From NCBI RefSeq assembly GCF_006345805.1, contig NW_021835693.1, positions 1-40,222 on the forward strand: a stretch of DNA of 40,222 bases, in the 5' to 3' direction. Origin of the DNA: Octopus sinensis (lineage: Eukaryota). Under the pieces are notes generated by a model. The model was given only the letters and a program-made list of their open reading frames with translations, ran no database searches and had not been told where the DNA came from. Of the stretch, positions 11,808 through 24,830 are shown piece by piece. The first letter of the stretch is position 1. Each line of letters begins with the position of its first letter. Both the position numbers and the translations under genes were made by a program.

Positions 11808-11950
11808 AGGGAGAATTCACAAACAAAAAACAAAATACGAAGACAGGTGTTTAGACAACAAACAGATGTATTAGTTTAACACTCGGGAAGTGAAAAAGTC
11901 TTTAACGTTTCGAGCCCGCGCTCTTCCTCGGAAATGAACACAGAAAGAAA
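11808..11950 (-). mobile_element. Short Penelope-like element with a minimal hammerhead-like motif at 11901-11934
   Basis: Minus strand reads ttt CCGAGGA A GAGC gcgg GCTC GAA ACGT T^aaa; tail colinear with copies 1-3; ends at (TA)n. Confidence 0.7.
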
Positions 11951-12044
11951 GGCTATAGTAGAAGACACTTGCCTAAGGTGCCACGCAGTGGGAATGAACC
12001 CAGAACCCTGTGGTTGGTAAGCAAACTACTTACCACACAGCCAC

Positions 12045-12106
12045 TACATACATACATACTTACATACATACATACATACTTACATACGTACGTACATACA
12101 TATATG

Positions 12107-12137
<31 letters not shown>

Positions 12138-12408
12138 GCATACATACATACATGCATACATACATACATACATACTTACATACGTACGTACATACATATA
12201 TGCATACATACATACATACATACATATATGCATACATACATACATACATGCATGCATACATACATACATGCATACATACATACATACATACATGCATGCA
12301 TGCATGCATACATACATACATACATGCATGCATACATACATACATACATACATACATACATACATACATACATTCCTACATACCTACATACATACATACC
12401 TACATACA

Positions 12409-12444
<36 letters not shown>

Positions 12445-12910
12445 TGCATACATACATACATACGTACATACATACATACCTACATACATACATACATACA
12501 TACCTACATACATACATACATACATACCTACATACATACATACCTACATACATACATACATACCTACATACATACATACCTACATACATACATACATACA
12601 TACATACCTACATACATACATACATACCTACATACATACATACCTACATACATACATACATACCTACATACCTACATACATACATACATACATACATGCA
12701 TGCATACATACCTACCTACATACATACATACATACCTACATACATACATACATACCTGCATACATACATACATGCATACATACATACATACATACATACA
12801 TACATACCTACATACCTACATACATACGTACATACATACCAACATACATACATACATACATACCAACATACATACATACATACGTACATACATACATACA
12901 TACATACATA
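12045..12910. repeat. (TACA)n compound microsatellite, about 870 bp
   Basis: Direct reading; source of the HTYI/MYVC ORFs. Confidence 0.95.
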
Positions 12911-13106
12911 CCTGCTCCCCCTTATGCCTGTTTTTTAACCTTGTGGATTGAACCCCCTGCAAAGACATCGGAGTCTAAGTTTGAATGTTTTGAGCACTAC
13001 CAAGAGTCTCCTATACGGAGAATATCTGGATCTCATCTTTGAACTATATACATACATACATGCATAACATATACAGATATACACACATGCGCATGCACGC
13101 GCGCAT

Positions 13107-13156
<50 letters not shown>

Positions 13157-13714
13157 CGCCCTTCCATGCCTTACTCCGTGTAATTACACAACAATTGTTA
13201 GATGCAGCAACATGAGTCTGTGGGTGGAGTAACAGACACACGAGATAAAAAGCTACGAAAGACTTGGAACCATTTGGTGGTGGTGGTGGTGGCGATGAGA
13301 GGGGCAAGAAAGTGTGTGTGTGGGGGGGGTCTTTCCTTTGTTTCTTTCCTCCATCTTAGGAACGGATAAAAAAAAAAAAGGGTTATATATGTGTGTGTGT
13401 TTTCGCTTAGAATGAAACAACTAGAAAACGAAAAAAAAAAAAACCTTCCTGGTCGTCGTTGCAGAATACTTGTTCGTTTATTCTGTTCGTTTATTTATAA
13501 TCTTTATTTTTTTTTGGGGGGGGGGTTAGGAGGATAAATATTAAACTCCATTTATTACTCCTCATGCACCTCATCTCTCTTCCCTTCCCCCCTCCTTTAA
13601 CCCCCCCTCTCTCTCTTTCTCTCTCTTTCTCTAGTCATTTATGTTTGTTTTGGGATGCTTAAGTATATAAGAAATACCGTCACCGTTTACAGAAAATAAC
13701 AAATACACACGCAA

Positions 13715-13786
13715 TTCCCTACACACACACACATATATATATATACACACACACATGCATACACACACTCACACACACATATATAT

Positions 13787-13817
<31 letters not shown>

Positions 13818-14064
13818 CACACACATGCATATACACACACACACACATGCATACACACACATGCATACACACACACACATATATATACACACACATATAT
13901 ATACACACACATATATATATACACATACATGAATACACGCACACACACACACATATATATACACACACTTGCATATACACACACACACATATATATATAT
14001 ATACACACATGCATATACACACACACACATATATATATATACACACACACGCGCGCGCGCGCGC
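13715..14064. repeat. Mixed (CA)n/(TA)n microsatellite ending in (CG)n
   Basis: Direct reading. Confidence 0.9.
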
Positions 14065-14067
14065 ATA

Positions 14068-14145
14068 CAGGGATGACCATAAATCGCTTTACCCATTTCT
14101 AATAATAATAAAGAAATGGATAAAGCGACTTAGGGGCCATCTCTG
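14068..14145. mobile_element. 78 bp Tc1/mariner-type MITE with TA target-site duplication
   Basis: TA|CAGGGATGACCATAAATCGCTTTACCCATTTCT ...11 nt... AGAAATGGATAAAGCGACTTAGGGGCCATCTCTG|TA; imperfect 33-34 bp TIRs. Confidence 0.75.
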
Positions 14146-14228
14146 TATATATATATATAGCTACGCATGCGCACACAACCGATTACAGAACATAAGAAAT
14201 ACACACTCATACACACACAATACTTTAT

Positions 14229-14262
<34 letters not shown>

Positions 14263-14264
14263 TC

Positions 14265-14900
14265 TTTTATTCTTTTACTCGTTTCAGTCATCAGTCTGTG
14301 GCCATGCTGGAGCACCACCTTATATTTCTTTTTCTTTTTTTTTTTTTACTTGTTTCAGTCATTTGACGGCCGCCATTCAGGAGCGCCCGCTTTAGTCGAA
14401 CAAACCGACCCCAGGATTTATTCTTTTGCCGAATCGCTAAGTTACAGGGACGTAAACACACCAGCATCGGTTATTAAGCGCGCGCACACACACACACACA
14501 CATATATATATACTCTTTTACTCTTTTACATGTTTCAGTCATTTGACTGCGGCCATGCTGGAGCACCGCCTTTAGTCGAGCAAATCGACCCCAGGACTTA
14601 TTCTTTGTAAGCCCAGTACTTATTCTATCGGTCTCTTTTGCCGAACCGCTAAGCTATGGGGGCGTAAACACACCAGCATCGGTTGTGAAACGATGCTGGG
14701 AGGACAAACACACACACACATATATATATATATACATATATACGACGGGCTTCTTTCAGTTTCCGTCTACCAAATCCACTCACAAGGCTTTGATCGGCCC
14801 GAGGCTACAGTAGAAGACACTTGCCCAAGGTGCCACGCAGTGGAATTGAACCCGGGACCATGTGGTTCGTAAGCAAGCTACTTACCACACAGCCACTCCT
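14265..14900 (-). mobile_element. SINE family B: one full copy (14515-14900) preceded by a partial tail copy (14265-14480)
   Basis: Reverse complement of 20772-21150. Confidence 0.85.
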
Positions 14901-14999
14901 ACATATATATATTTCTATATATATACTTTAATGTTTGATATAAACAGATTCTCGCACACACACTTACTAATTTTGCAATATTATTGTAACGCAACGAAG

Positions 15000-15006
15000 T
15001 TGTGTT

Positions 15007-15049
<43 letters not shown>

Positions 15050-15460
15050 TGTATCTGTGTGTGTGTGTGTGTATGTGTGTGTATCTGTGTGTGTGTGTGT
15101 GTATGTGTGTGTATCTGTGTGTGTGTGTGTGTGTGTATGTGTGTGTTTGTGTGTGTGTGTGTGTGTATGTGTGTGTGGTGTATGTGTGTGTATCTGTGTG
15201 TGTGTGTGTATTGTGTGTATCGTGTGTTGTGTGTTGTTATGTGTGTGTTTTGGGTGTGTGGTGTGTGTGTGTATCTGTGTTTATGTGTGTGTGTGTTTGT
15301 GTGTCTGTGTGTGTTGTGTGTGTGTGTGTATCTGTGTGTGTGTGTGTGTGTGTGATGTGTGTGTGTGTGTGTGTGTATGTGTGTGTATCTGTGTTTATGT
15401 GTGTGTGTGTGTGTGTGTATGTGTGTGTGTGTGTGTGTGCGTGTGTGTGTGTATCTGTGC
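15000..15460. repeat. Degenerate (TG)n microsatellite
   Basis: Direct reading. Confidence 0.95.
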
Positions 15461-15947
15461 GTATGTGTGTGCGTACTTACACATGCGTACACACTCATAC
15501 TTTCGTGCACTTGCAGACACAAACACACATCTTCAAATGTGTGCCTTTGGTAAGCAGTGGACCGTCAACCACCGAGCATATACGCACAGACACACACACA
15601 CACACACACACACATTACTACCACCACCACCACCACCACCACCACCACAACCACCACCACCACCAACCACCACCAACCACCACCACTCACACCGCTCCTC
15701 ACACCGCCACTCACACACATCTCTCGTTGACGCTGTTTCAAAATGGGAAATTAGGTCATGACCTGAAAAGATGAAGCCATCTCAGCATCAGCTCCCTATT
15801 AAAATGTTTTGGGTCCCATCTTTCACTCACCCCTGTCCCCTAAATTTTTCGTTGTTTTTTTTTGTGAACGTATAAACAGTAGCAACAAGTTAGGGAGTTA
15901 TAAAAAAAATATGGAGTCTAGCTATTAAGGATTTTAAGTCTAGACGC

Positions 15948-15949
15948 TC

Positions 15950-16023
<74 letters not shown>

Positions 16024-16092
16024 CATCTATCTATCTATCTATCCATCTATCTATCTATCTATCTATCTATCCATCTATCTATCTATCTATCC

Positions 16093-16140
<48 letters not shown>

Positions 16141-16415
16141 GTCTGTCTGTCCGTCTATCTATCTGTATATCCCTCTATCTATCTATCAGTCTGTCTATCT
16201 CTGTCTATCTCTCTATTTATCTCTATCTATTTGTCTGTCTGTCTATCTATCAATCTATCTCTCTGTCTATCTCTCTATTTATCTCTGTCTATTTGTCTGT
16301 CTGTCTATCTATCTGTCTGTCTGTCTATCTATCTATCTGTCTGTCTGTCTGTCTATCAATCTATCTCTCTGTCTATCTCTCTATTTATCTCTGTCTATTT
16401 TCTGTCTGTCTATCC

Positions 16416-16464
<49 letters not shown>

Positions 16465-16720
16465 GCTGTCAGTCTATCTCTATCTATTCATCTATCTATC
16501 TATAAGTCTGTCTGTCTGTCTTTCTGCCTGCATGTCTGTTTGTCTGCCTGCCCGTCTGTCTGTTTAACTATCTATCTATATGTCTGTCTGTCTGTCTGTG
16601 TTTCAATCTGTCTCTGCCTGCTTGCCTATATGCTGCCTGTCCGTCTAACTTTTTGTCTCCGTCTTTATCTCTCTCTCCTTCTTTCTTTCTCTCTCTCTCT
16701 CTCTCTCTCTCCCTTTCCTT
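15948..16720. repeat. (CTAT)n/(CTGT)n/(CT)n compound microsatellite
   Basis: Direct reading. Confidence 0.95.
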
Positions 16721-16873
16721 CTCACTCTCTCTTCCTCTCTCAATCTCTATCTGTCTCTGTTTCCCCCTCTCTCTCAGAGTGTGTGCCCGAACATCAATGT
16801 GTGTACCTATGTGCAATTATGTATGTGTGTCTATGTGTGTATGCGTGATGTGTGTGTGTATGTGTATATATGC

Positions 16874-16905
<32 letters not shown>

Positions 16906-16928
16906 TCAGCGAAAAAGGGAAACAGAAG

Positions 16929-16965
<37 letters not shown>

Positions 16966-18183
16966 TTGTTGAACAGATCCACAGCATTCTGTCAATATTG
17001 CCCACTTATTTCCATCGACTGAATTTACTGGAGTTATCTCCCTCGGGTTTTTCTTTTTTTTTCTTCAGATTTTGAACGCTCTTAATGTTAGTTAATTTTA
17101 TCAATTTCTAACAGATGTGCGTTTTGATTTTAACCTAATTCGATCTTACGGAAAGGAATGACAACTCTCCTTCACCCCATCTCTCGCTGTCTTTCTGTCT
17201 CACTCTCTTTCACTCACTCTCTATCTTTCTCTCTCTTCGATTCTCTTAGAATTATGGATGCAGATATGGAAAGAAATAAAAAAAATACACTGGAATTAAA
17301 ATATACTTTTCTTAATGATTCACTGATTAATAACAAACTGGGCGCTTGTTAACGACACGCAACCCCCACATGTGTTTTCACAACCTTTCCATAGCCTGTC
17401 TATGTTATCTTTCATACCAACCACTTCCTCAATCGTTATAGGAAAAATATAACTAAGCTGTCAAAATACGAGAAAAGGGCAGGAAGAGGACAACTGCCAA
17501 TAATGAAAAAATCATCTTTTGATAGCAATAATAAATCTCTGAACGAGTGAAGAAATGTTACTGGAAAAACGTTATAAGGATTTTCATCGAAAACCGGTGA
17601 TTGTCGTACGCCGACGACAGGTCAATACCTAGAAACTGCAGTCCGTGCGTATCACTTAGGTTGACGAGGGAGAGATGACCTCCCTTTGCAAATACCATAA
17701 GGGCACAGAAAGTGTTCCTTAAAGCCAGCTGGAGACGATGTTCTCCTGGGGCTACAAGCTACAGTAACACCCACCCTTAGTGGTTAGCCATAGTGAGATG
17801 GCTAGTATACCTCACATCTTTTGATAACTGTCTCTTTTTTTCCCTCACTTTACATAATTTTTTTTTTAGACCCGCTCTTAAATTGAACGAAGAATTTATC
17901 TTCAATTTCGGAGTTGTGGTGTTTCCTTGTCAGTGACCAGGTCGCAGTTCGCACGGCGAAAATGTTGACACCATATAACTATTTAACATATAACATTATA
18001 ACTATTTAAGTGAGGTTAACAACCGCTGTGAGTGTGTTTTCAATGGCTAACATGTGTCTCCCACGCTGTAATCGTTCTATATTTAACACTAGCTTAAAAG
18101 CTCCACTCCGTGCCGACGTTTGAGCTAGCCCCTACGGAGGGTTAATTGTTCCTGTGGTCCTAAACTAGAGAGAGCAATAATAA

Positions 18184-18395
18184 TGAAGCTGGCAGAATCG
18201 TTAGCACGCCGGGCGAAATGCTTAGCGGTATTTCGTCTGCGTTACGTTGTGAGTTCAAATTCCGCCGAGGTCGACTTTGCCTTTCATCCTTTCGGGGTCG
18301 ATAAATTAAGTACCAGTTACGCACTGGGGTCGATGTAATCGACTTAATACCTATGTCTGTCCTTGTTTAGCCCCTTGTGGGTAATAAAGAAATAG
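18184..18395 (+). mobile_element. SINE family A
   Basis: Near-identical to 9397-9615. Confidence 0.85.
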
Positions 18396-18659
18396 GTACA
18401 CAATATGGTATTATTTTAAATTCAATTTAAATTTAAAATGTGCAAGTTCACAAATTTTGGGAGTTCTTTTAAAATTTCAATTTTCAACTGTTAGCATATA
18501 ACAATTCTCATCCAGGTCGACTTTGCCATTCATCGTTTCGGGGTCGATAAATTAAGTACCAGTTGCGTATTGAGGTCGATCTAATCGACTGGTCCCCTCC
18601 CTCAAAATTTCGAGCCTTGTTCCTAGAGTAGAAAAAATTATTATATATTATTCCTTCGT

Positions 18660-19292
18660 AACACAGTGTAGGTAAAAATGCACCGGAGTCTTTCGTCATC
18701 TGTCAAGTCACAGCAAGGACTTCAGACAGCTAATACTTTCCTTAAGATGTGCGCTGTATCCAATAAAGCTGCTTTTTGCAAGACATCAACTTTGCATGGG
18801 ATTTCCAGTTGACTTAAGAAGTCTTGAAGTTTCAATGGGATTGAGCCCAATGCTCCAATCACCAATGGTATCACTTTTACATTACCCTCTCACATTCCAT
18901 ACAGTCTTGCCGTTTCTACTTTCAATTCGGAGCCCTAGGTGATTTTTTTCAACCTCTTTACTCACAACATTCATGTTATTTGGTATGACTAATCAATGAT
19001 CTGACAGTTTTTGTCTCTCTTACTCAATATGACAATATCCGGTCTACAGTGTTCGATTACACGATCCATCTAAAAACCACAGTCCCAGAGTATCGTTACT
19101 TTTCCATCCTCCTGCATAATTTTTACTTGGTACATGCTCATACCAGTTCTCTGTTACCTCATATTGGTATTTACGGTATAAAAGCCAATAAAGACACACA
19201 CACACTTTATCGTGGCGGCGCTTGTATTCTTTTTGTGCAAGGCTCACACATTGTTTTTGGTGAAACCTTTCTAGTTTGCTCAAGACCGGATA
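18660..19292 (-). pseudogene. Degraded 3' fragment of an RLE-type non-LTR retrotransposon (R4/Dong-like)
   Basis: Frameshifted translation gives SLAQKEYKRRHDKVC...WYEHVP...VIPLVIGALGSIP...QKAALLDTAHILRKVL*, the typical C-terminus of R4/R2-group ORFs. Confidence 0.85.
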
Positions 19293-19304
19293 CACAATGT
19301 GCCT

Positions 19305-19307
19305 ATG

Positions 19308-19376
<69 letters not shown>

Positions 19377-19439
19377 GTAATAATAGTAGTAATAATAATA
19401 ATAGTAATAATAGTAATATTAATAATAATAATAATAATA

Positions 19440-19475
<36 letters not shown>

Positions 19476-19728
19476 GTAATTAGTAATAATAATAATAATA
19501 ATAATAGTAATATTAATAATAATAATAATAATAATAATAGTAATAATAATATAATAATAATGATAATAATAATAATAATGATAATAATGATAATAATAAT
19601 AATAATAATAATAATAATATATAAAATAACAATAATATAATAATAATAACAATAACAATAATAATAATAATATAATAATAATAATATAATAATAATAAAT
19701 AATTGATAATAATAATAATAATAATAAC

Positions 19729-19762
<34 letters not shown>

Positions 19763-19798
19763 TAACAACAACGGCAACAACAACAACAATAATAATAA
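19305..19798. repeat. (AAT)n microsatellite, about 490 bp
   Basis: Direct reading. Confidence 0.95.
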
Positions 19799-20051
19799 TG
19801 GTTTCAAATTTTGCCACAAGAGCAGTAATTTTGGTGAAGGGAGATGAGTCGATTACATTGACCCCAGTGTTCAACTGGTACTTTATTTATCGACCCCGAA
19901 AGGATGAAAGGCAAAGTCGACCTCGGCATAACAATAATTACCTGATGTGCTTATTTTAATGGCCAACCAATGTTTACAGTGAGTTTCTTTGCCCTAGGTA
20001 TCGTGAAGACAATCGGTAAGAAATGGGAACAAAACTGAAGGAAGAAGAAAA

Positions 20052-20115
<64 letters not shown>

Positions 20116-20118
<3 letters not shown>

Positions 20119-20673
20119 GCCCTGATGCAGTACCAGGCAATGGCTCTCATGGCTTCTGATCTTAACTGATTGGAAGTGTTATCACGTACATTGTTTTGTC
20201 TTGGTATAAAAGATGGGCTACAGCAAATATTCTGCTCAATACCATAGATTTGCTTGTCAGTTGTTTGACCTAAACCAGTTGAGCATGTCCCTTAGTGGCT
20301 GACGATATGTGCATCTCTGATCACGAGCAGAAGTAGTGGGGGAGCATCATAGCCATGTGTTGAGAGGGATTCTTTGGGGTTTGAATAATTCACCTCTGGA
20401 AACATGGGTGGTTCTTTCAACATCCTTAAACAACCCTTATTCAGGGACCGCTTGAGCGGGATGGGCTACTCAACCTGAAGAAAATTCTAACTGGGCCCCA
20501 CCTGCAAGGTCATGTGCTGTTTATCTTGATATGAGATCACCATGTCGCACACATATGGTTGTGATGCATGTGCCTGGTGTGCCCTTATCAGACGGGTAGT
20601 CATGATGGGTATATTGGGCTTCGTATATTTTACCCCAGTGTCACTTTGATGGCATGAACTGCTCTCTCACTCA
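20116..20673 (-). mobile_element. 558 bp interspersed repeat family D, copy 1, flanked by (AAT)n
   Basis: Same length and orientation as 24828-25385; partial copies at about 36020-36165 and 37700-37847 share the same terminus. Confidence 0.85.
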
Positions 20674-20713
20674 ATAATAATAACAATAATAATAATAATA
20701 ATAAAAATAATAA

Positions 20714-20744
<31 letters not shown>

Positions 20745-20771
20745 AATAATGATAATAATAACAGCAATATA

Positions 20772-21150
20772 GGCGCAGGAGTGGCTGTGTGGTAAGTAGC
20801 TTGCTAACCAACCACATGGTTCCGGGTTCAGTCCCACTGCGTGGCATCTTGGGCAAGTGTCTTCTGCATTGTGAGTGGATTTGGTAGACGGAAACTGAAA
20901 GAAGCCTGTCGTATATATGTATATATATATATATATGCGTGTGTGTGTTTGTGTGTCTGTGTTTGTCCCCCTAGCATTGCTTGACAACCAATGCTGGTGT
21001 GTTTACGTCCCCGTCACTTAGCGGTTTGGCAAAAGAGAACCGATAGAATAAGTACTGGGCTTACAAAGAATAAGTCCCGGGGTCGATTTGCTCGTCTAAA
21101 GGCTGTGCTCCAGCATGGCCGCAGTCAAATGACTGAAACAAGTAAAAGAG
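20772..21150 (+). mobile_element. SINE family B, full length
   Basis: ggcgcaggagtggctgtgtggtaagtagc...gggttcagtccc head, internal (TA)/(TG) tract, tail gactgaaacaagtaaaag. Confidence 0.88.
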
Positions 21151-21198
21151 TAACAGAGAGAGAGAGAGAGAGCAACAACAACAAAAACAACAACACAT

Positions 21199-21226
21199 TT
21201 TATTAATTTCTCCAAATCTGTTTATT
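21199..21226 (-). terminator. Two AATAAA polyadenylation signals of the CBM14 gene
   Basis: Plus-strand tttatt at 21221-21226 and 21199-21204, about 80-105 nt after the stop codon, followed on the minus strand by a GT-rich tract (TGTGTTGTTGTTTTTG). Confidence 0.6.
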
Positions 21227-21306
21227 GGCTGATATATATACAAATAGAAAAAGATAACTCTCAAACAATATTAAGTGTCCATGTTTATAGTATTCATTGA
21301 TTTCGA

Positions 21307-21458
21307 CTAATACCAGCTACCACCATAGTCGTGTCCACCAACGTCACCTGTTCCGTCTCCATTGTCGTATTGCTCATCTTCGTCTGTCTTCGTGCCACAA
21401 GGAGGGTAGACGTTCTCGGGCCAGTTACACAGCTGGTTCACTTCATCAAACACGGTTC
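21307..21458 (-). CDS. Terminal coding exon of the CBM14 gene
   Basis: Acceptor ttttacctttccttcag|GA at 21458, phase 1. Translates (G)TVFDEVNQLCNWPENVYPPCGTKTDEDEQYDNGDGTGDVGGHDYGGSWY, then TAG at 21309-21307. Confidence 0.92.
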
Positions 21459-21491
21459 CTGAAGGAAAGGTAAAATATATATATATAATAT

Positions 21492-21889
21492 ACAAGCAGT
21501 ATCGCCCGGCGTTGCTCGGGTTTGTAAGAGAAATAACTATAAAGCATTTTTAGAGAGTTATAGCCAAAAAAATAGCAAAAAAATGCATTAAAAATGGAAA
21601 AAAAATTATGGTAAATTTTTTTTTAAATCGTTGACTCATCGTAGACATTTTTAGAGAGTTACTTCCCTTATATAATAGCGAAAAAATGCATTAAAATGGA
21701 AAAAATAATGGTAATTTTTTTTTTAATCGTAGACTCATCGTAGACGCGCGCTAATACCCAGAAGGGCTCGATATGAATCACGACTATAAGATACCCGGTT
21801 TTGGTTAAACTGCACCGCAAAATGTGGGAGTAGTTAGGAATCTAAATCGTAGGAGACAGACACACAACCTTACTTTTATATATAAAAAT
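21492..21889 (-). mobile_element. Non-autonomous Helitron-like element
   Basis: On the minus strand it starts t-t-t-tatatataaaag (a TC-like AT-rich 5' end) and ends with a cccgag-caacg-ccggg hairpin followed by gatactgCTTG|T; it contains an internal duplication of about 100 bp (cattttt/agagagtta blocks). Confidence 0.7.
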
Positions 21890-21901
21890 ATATTATCTCT
21901 G

Positions 21902-22935
21902 ATTTTGGCACAAGGCCAGCAATTTCGAGGAAGGGGTTAAGTCGATTACGTCGACCCCAGCGTTCAGCTGGTATTTATTTTATCGGCCCCCGAAAGAATG
22001 GAAAAGCAATAATCGACCGAATTTGAACTCAGAACGTGAGACGGATGAAATGACGCTAAGCATTTTGCCCGGCGTGCTAACGATTCTTATTTCTTTACGA
22101 CCCACAAGGGGCTACACACAGAGGGGACAAACAAGGACAGACAAACGGATTAAGTCGATTATATCGATCCCAGTGCGTAACTGGTACTTAATTTATCGAC
22201 CCCGAAAGGATGAAAGGTAAAGTCGACCTCGGCGGAATTTGAACTCAGAACGTAACGGCAGACGAAATACCGCTAGACATTTCGCCCGGCGTGCTAACGA
22301 TTCTGCCAGCTCGCCGAAGTATAAATGATTTATTTTTCAAATTTTGTCAGAAGGACAGCAATTTCGAGGAAGGGGTTAGGTCGATTAAATCGATCCCCGG
22401 TGTATAACTAGTACTTATTTTATCTACCCCCGAAAGAATGGGAAACCAAAAATTGACCTCAGCGGAATTTGAACTCTGAAACTGAAGACGGACGAAATGC
22501 CGCTAAGCATTTTCCCTGGCGTGCTAACCATTCTGCCAGCTCACCTTTCTCGAAATTTTGGCACAAGACTAGCAATTTCTTGTAAGATCGACCCCAGCGA
22601 TCAATTGGTACTCATTTTATTGACCCCGAAAGAATGAAAGACAAAATCAACTTCGGCGGAATTTGAACTTAGGACGTGAAGTCGGACGAAATGCCGCTAA
22701 GCATTTTCCCCGGCGAGCAAACCATTCTGCCAGCTCACCTTTCTCGAAATTTTGGCACAAGACTAGCAATTTCTGGTAAGATCGACCCTATTGATCAATT
22801 GGTACTTATTTTATTGACCCCCGAAAGAATGAAAGACAAAATCAACTTCGGCGGAATTTGAACTCAGGACGTGAAGACGGACGAAATGCCGCTAAGCATT
22901 TTCCCCGGCGTGCTAACCATTCTGCCAGCTCGCCG
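21902..22935 (-). mobile_element. Cluster of about five SINE family A copies, three in tandem with a period of about 200 bp
   Basis: Repeated ggcggaatttgaactc...gacgaaatgccgctaagcattt...cgtgctaacc; units at about 21902, 22100, 22335, 22545 and 22750. Confidence 0.8.
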
Positions 22936-23017
22936 CCCTCGATATTCAACCGATTTATTGCACGTAAAATTTTAACAGCAAAACCTATGTTGGAACACCA
23001 AGGGCCATATGGACCCC

Positions 23018-23032
23018 GGTTGAAAACCACTG
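23018..23032 (-). mobile_element. Single hAT-type terminal inverted repeat
   Basis: Minus strand CAGTGGTTTTCAACC; partner TIR not found. Confidence 0.4.
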
Positions 23033-23039
23033 GTCTTAT

Positions 23040-23296
23040 CATCATCATCATTGTTCGACCGTGGTCGAGACAATGGAATTTACTATGTTACGCCAGACTT
23101 CCCGGTCCATCATGGCATTACGGAGGTCCTGTTGCTGGATGCCTGTATCCCTGGAGATTACATCAGGGTAGGAGAGTGTGTGCCCTCTGGTATTGCGAGT
23201 AGATGGCTTCCAGAGGAGAAGAGTAGAAATTACCTCGTTTTCAGCTCTACAACAATGTCCAGCAAACTGGACTCTCCTACCTTTCACAAGAGATGA
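23040..23296 (-). pseudogene. 3' end of an RTE-type LINE, copy 1
   Basis: LVKGRRVQFAGHCCRAENEVISTLLLWKP...YPDVISRDTG...AMMDREVWR, then a stop and a (TGA)n tail. Confidence 0.85.
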
Positions 23297-23300
23297 TATG

Positions 23301-23334
<34 letters not shown>

Positions 23335-23335
<1 letters not shown>

Positions 23336-23590
23336 TCATTATCATTGTTCGACCGTGGTCGAGACAATGGAATTTACCATGCTACGCCAGACTTCACGGT
23401 CCATCATGGCATTACGGAGGTCCTGTTGCTGGATGCCTGTATCCCTGGAGATTACATCAGGGTAGGAGAGTGTGCCCCCTCTGGTATCGCGAGTAGATGG
23501 CTTCCAGAGGAGAAGAGGAGAAATTACCTCTTTTTCAGCTCTACAACAATGTCCAGCAAACTGGACTCTTCTACCTTTCACAAGAGATGA
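23335..23590 (-). pseudogene. 3' end of an RTE-type LINE, copy 2 (tandem duplicate)
   Basis: Same peptide with a few substitutions and the same 5' truncation point. Confidence 0.85.
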
Positions 23591-23711
23591 CACAGGTGGT
23601 AGTTTCCCATAAATTTGTATTTTGGTTCGCTGACGATTCCACGAGAGATTTTAACCCAAACCCCTGAAGTCATTTGAATGAGCAACAATCGTTTAAAGAA
23701 ATCACACTCAC

Positions 23712-23872
23712 CCTCTCCACACTGCTGATGGCCGAGGAATTCACCGTCCACGCATGTATAGAAGAAGTTACACGGTATTTCAGTGTTGTCGGAGTCTGGG
23801 TAGCGATGGGCCCCGTCTTTGCCCGTGGGACATTCTAATTGTAAACCGCACGGTGCGGGGACGTTGAAGACT
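23712..23872 (-). CDS. Internal exon of the CBM14 gene; end of domain 1 and first part of domain 2 (not in the ORF track)
   Basis: Acceptor tttcacttaatttccag|A at 23872 and donor GAGG|gtgagt at 23712; 161 nt, phase 2 to phase 1, matching both neighbouring exons. Translates VFNVPAPCGLQLECPTGKDGAHRYPDSDNTEIPCNFFYTCVDGEFLGHQQCGE(G). Confidence 0.92.
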
Positions 23873-24076
23873 CTGGAAATTAAGTGAAATGAAATGAAAT
23901 TAAATATTGTTTACGTTGTAAGAATTTCGAAAGTTCGAGAACGTGAACTAATTCTGTCCTGGAACTACATCTCGAAGCAGATAAAACTACAAATAATAGC
24001 ACGGACAACTATCGATTTCTGTCTATCCAAAAAGGTTTTTTTAAACCCAATATTTGCACGCTATTATTTATAGCTT

Positions 24077-24139
<63 letters not shown>

Positions 24140-24142
24140 GTG

Positions 24143-24175
<33 letters not shown>

Positions 24176-24234
24176 GTAATAATAATAATAATAATAATAG
24201 TAATAGTAATAATAATAATAATGATGATGATGAC

Positions 24235-24281
<47 letters not shown>

Positions 24282-24799
24282 TGAGATACATACCGACACA
24301 AACAACAGCTCCCCTCCCCACACATGCGTGCGCACACTCAATGTGTCTCGTATTCTATTATAAGGATATCTGTAGAAACTGGAAGATAATAGTCGTCCTC
24401 TTGGGAGTTGGGTTGGATTACATCAAGTACCACCGTTTCGGTTTTCAGTAAGACAATCGTGACAGGATGTTTGTTTATCGCAAACGATTGTTGGGCGGCT
24501 CAGTTCGTGTTCGCTTCACCACAAGGACGAATCTGAGAGAGTTTTTTTTTTTTTGTTTTTTTGTTTTTTTTTTGTATTTTTCGTATTTAGCCGATTAGTG
24601 ACGGACATTGACGTATTTTTCTCTGATACGTAAAAAAAACTAGGCTGACCTCCTCTTTCTCTCTCTCCCTCTCTCTTTTTCTCTCTCCCCTCTTCTCTTT
24701 CTCTCCTTCACACATACACATGCACATGCACCCATTGATAATAATAATAATAATAATAATAGTAATAACAACAACAACAACAACAAGAACAACAACAAC

Positions 24800-24827
<28 letters not shown>

Positions 24828-24830
<3 letters not shown>

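Noticed and set aside
11969-13042. 357 aa and 313 aa His/Thr/Tyr/Ile-rich ORFs
   Set aside because: Translation of the (TACA)n microsatellite.
14862-15774. Long Cys/Val and His/Thr ORFs
   Set aside because: Translation of (TG)n.
17560-17645. FLGIDLSSAYD on the minus strand, resembling a reverse-transcriptase motif
   Set aside because: Single short motif with no flanking RT motifs identifiable; too weak without a search.
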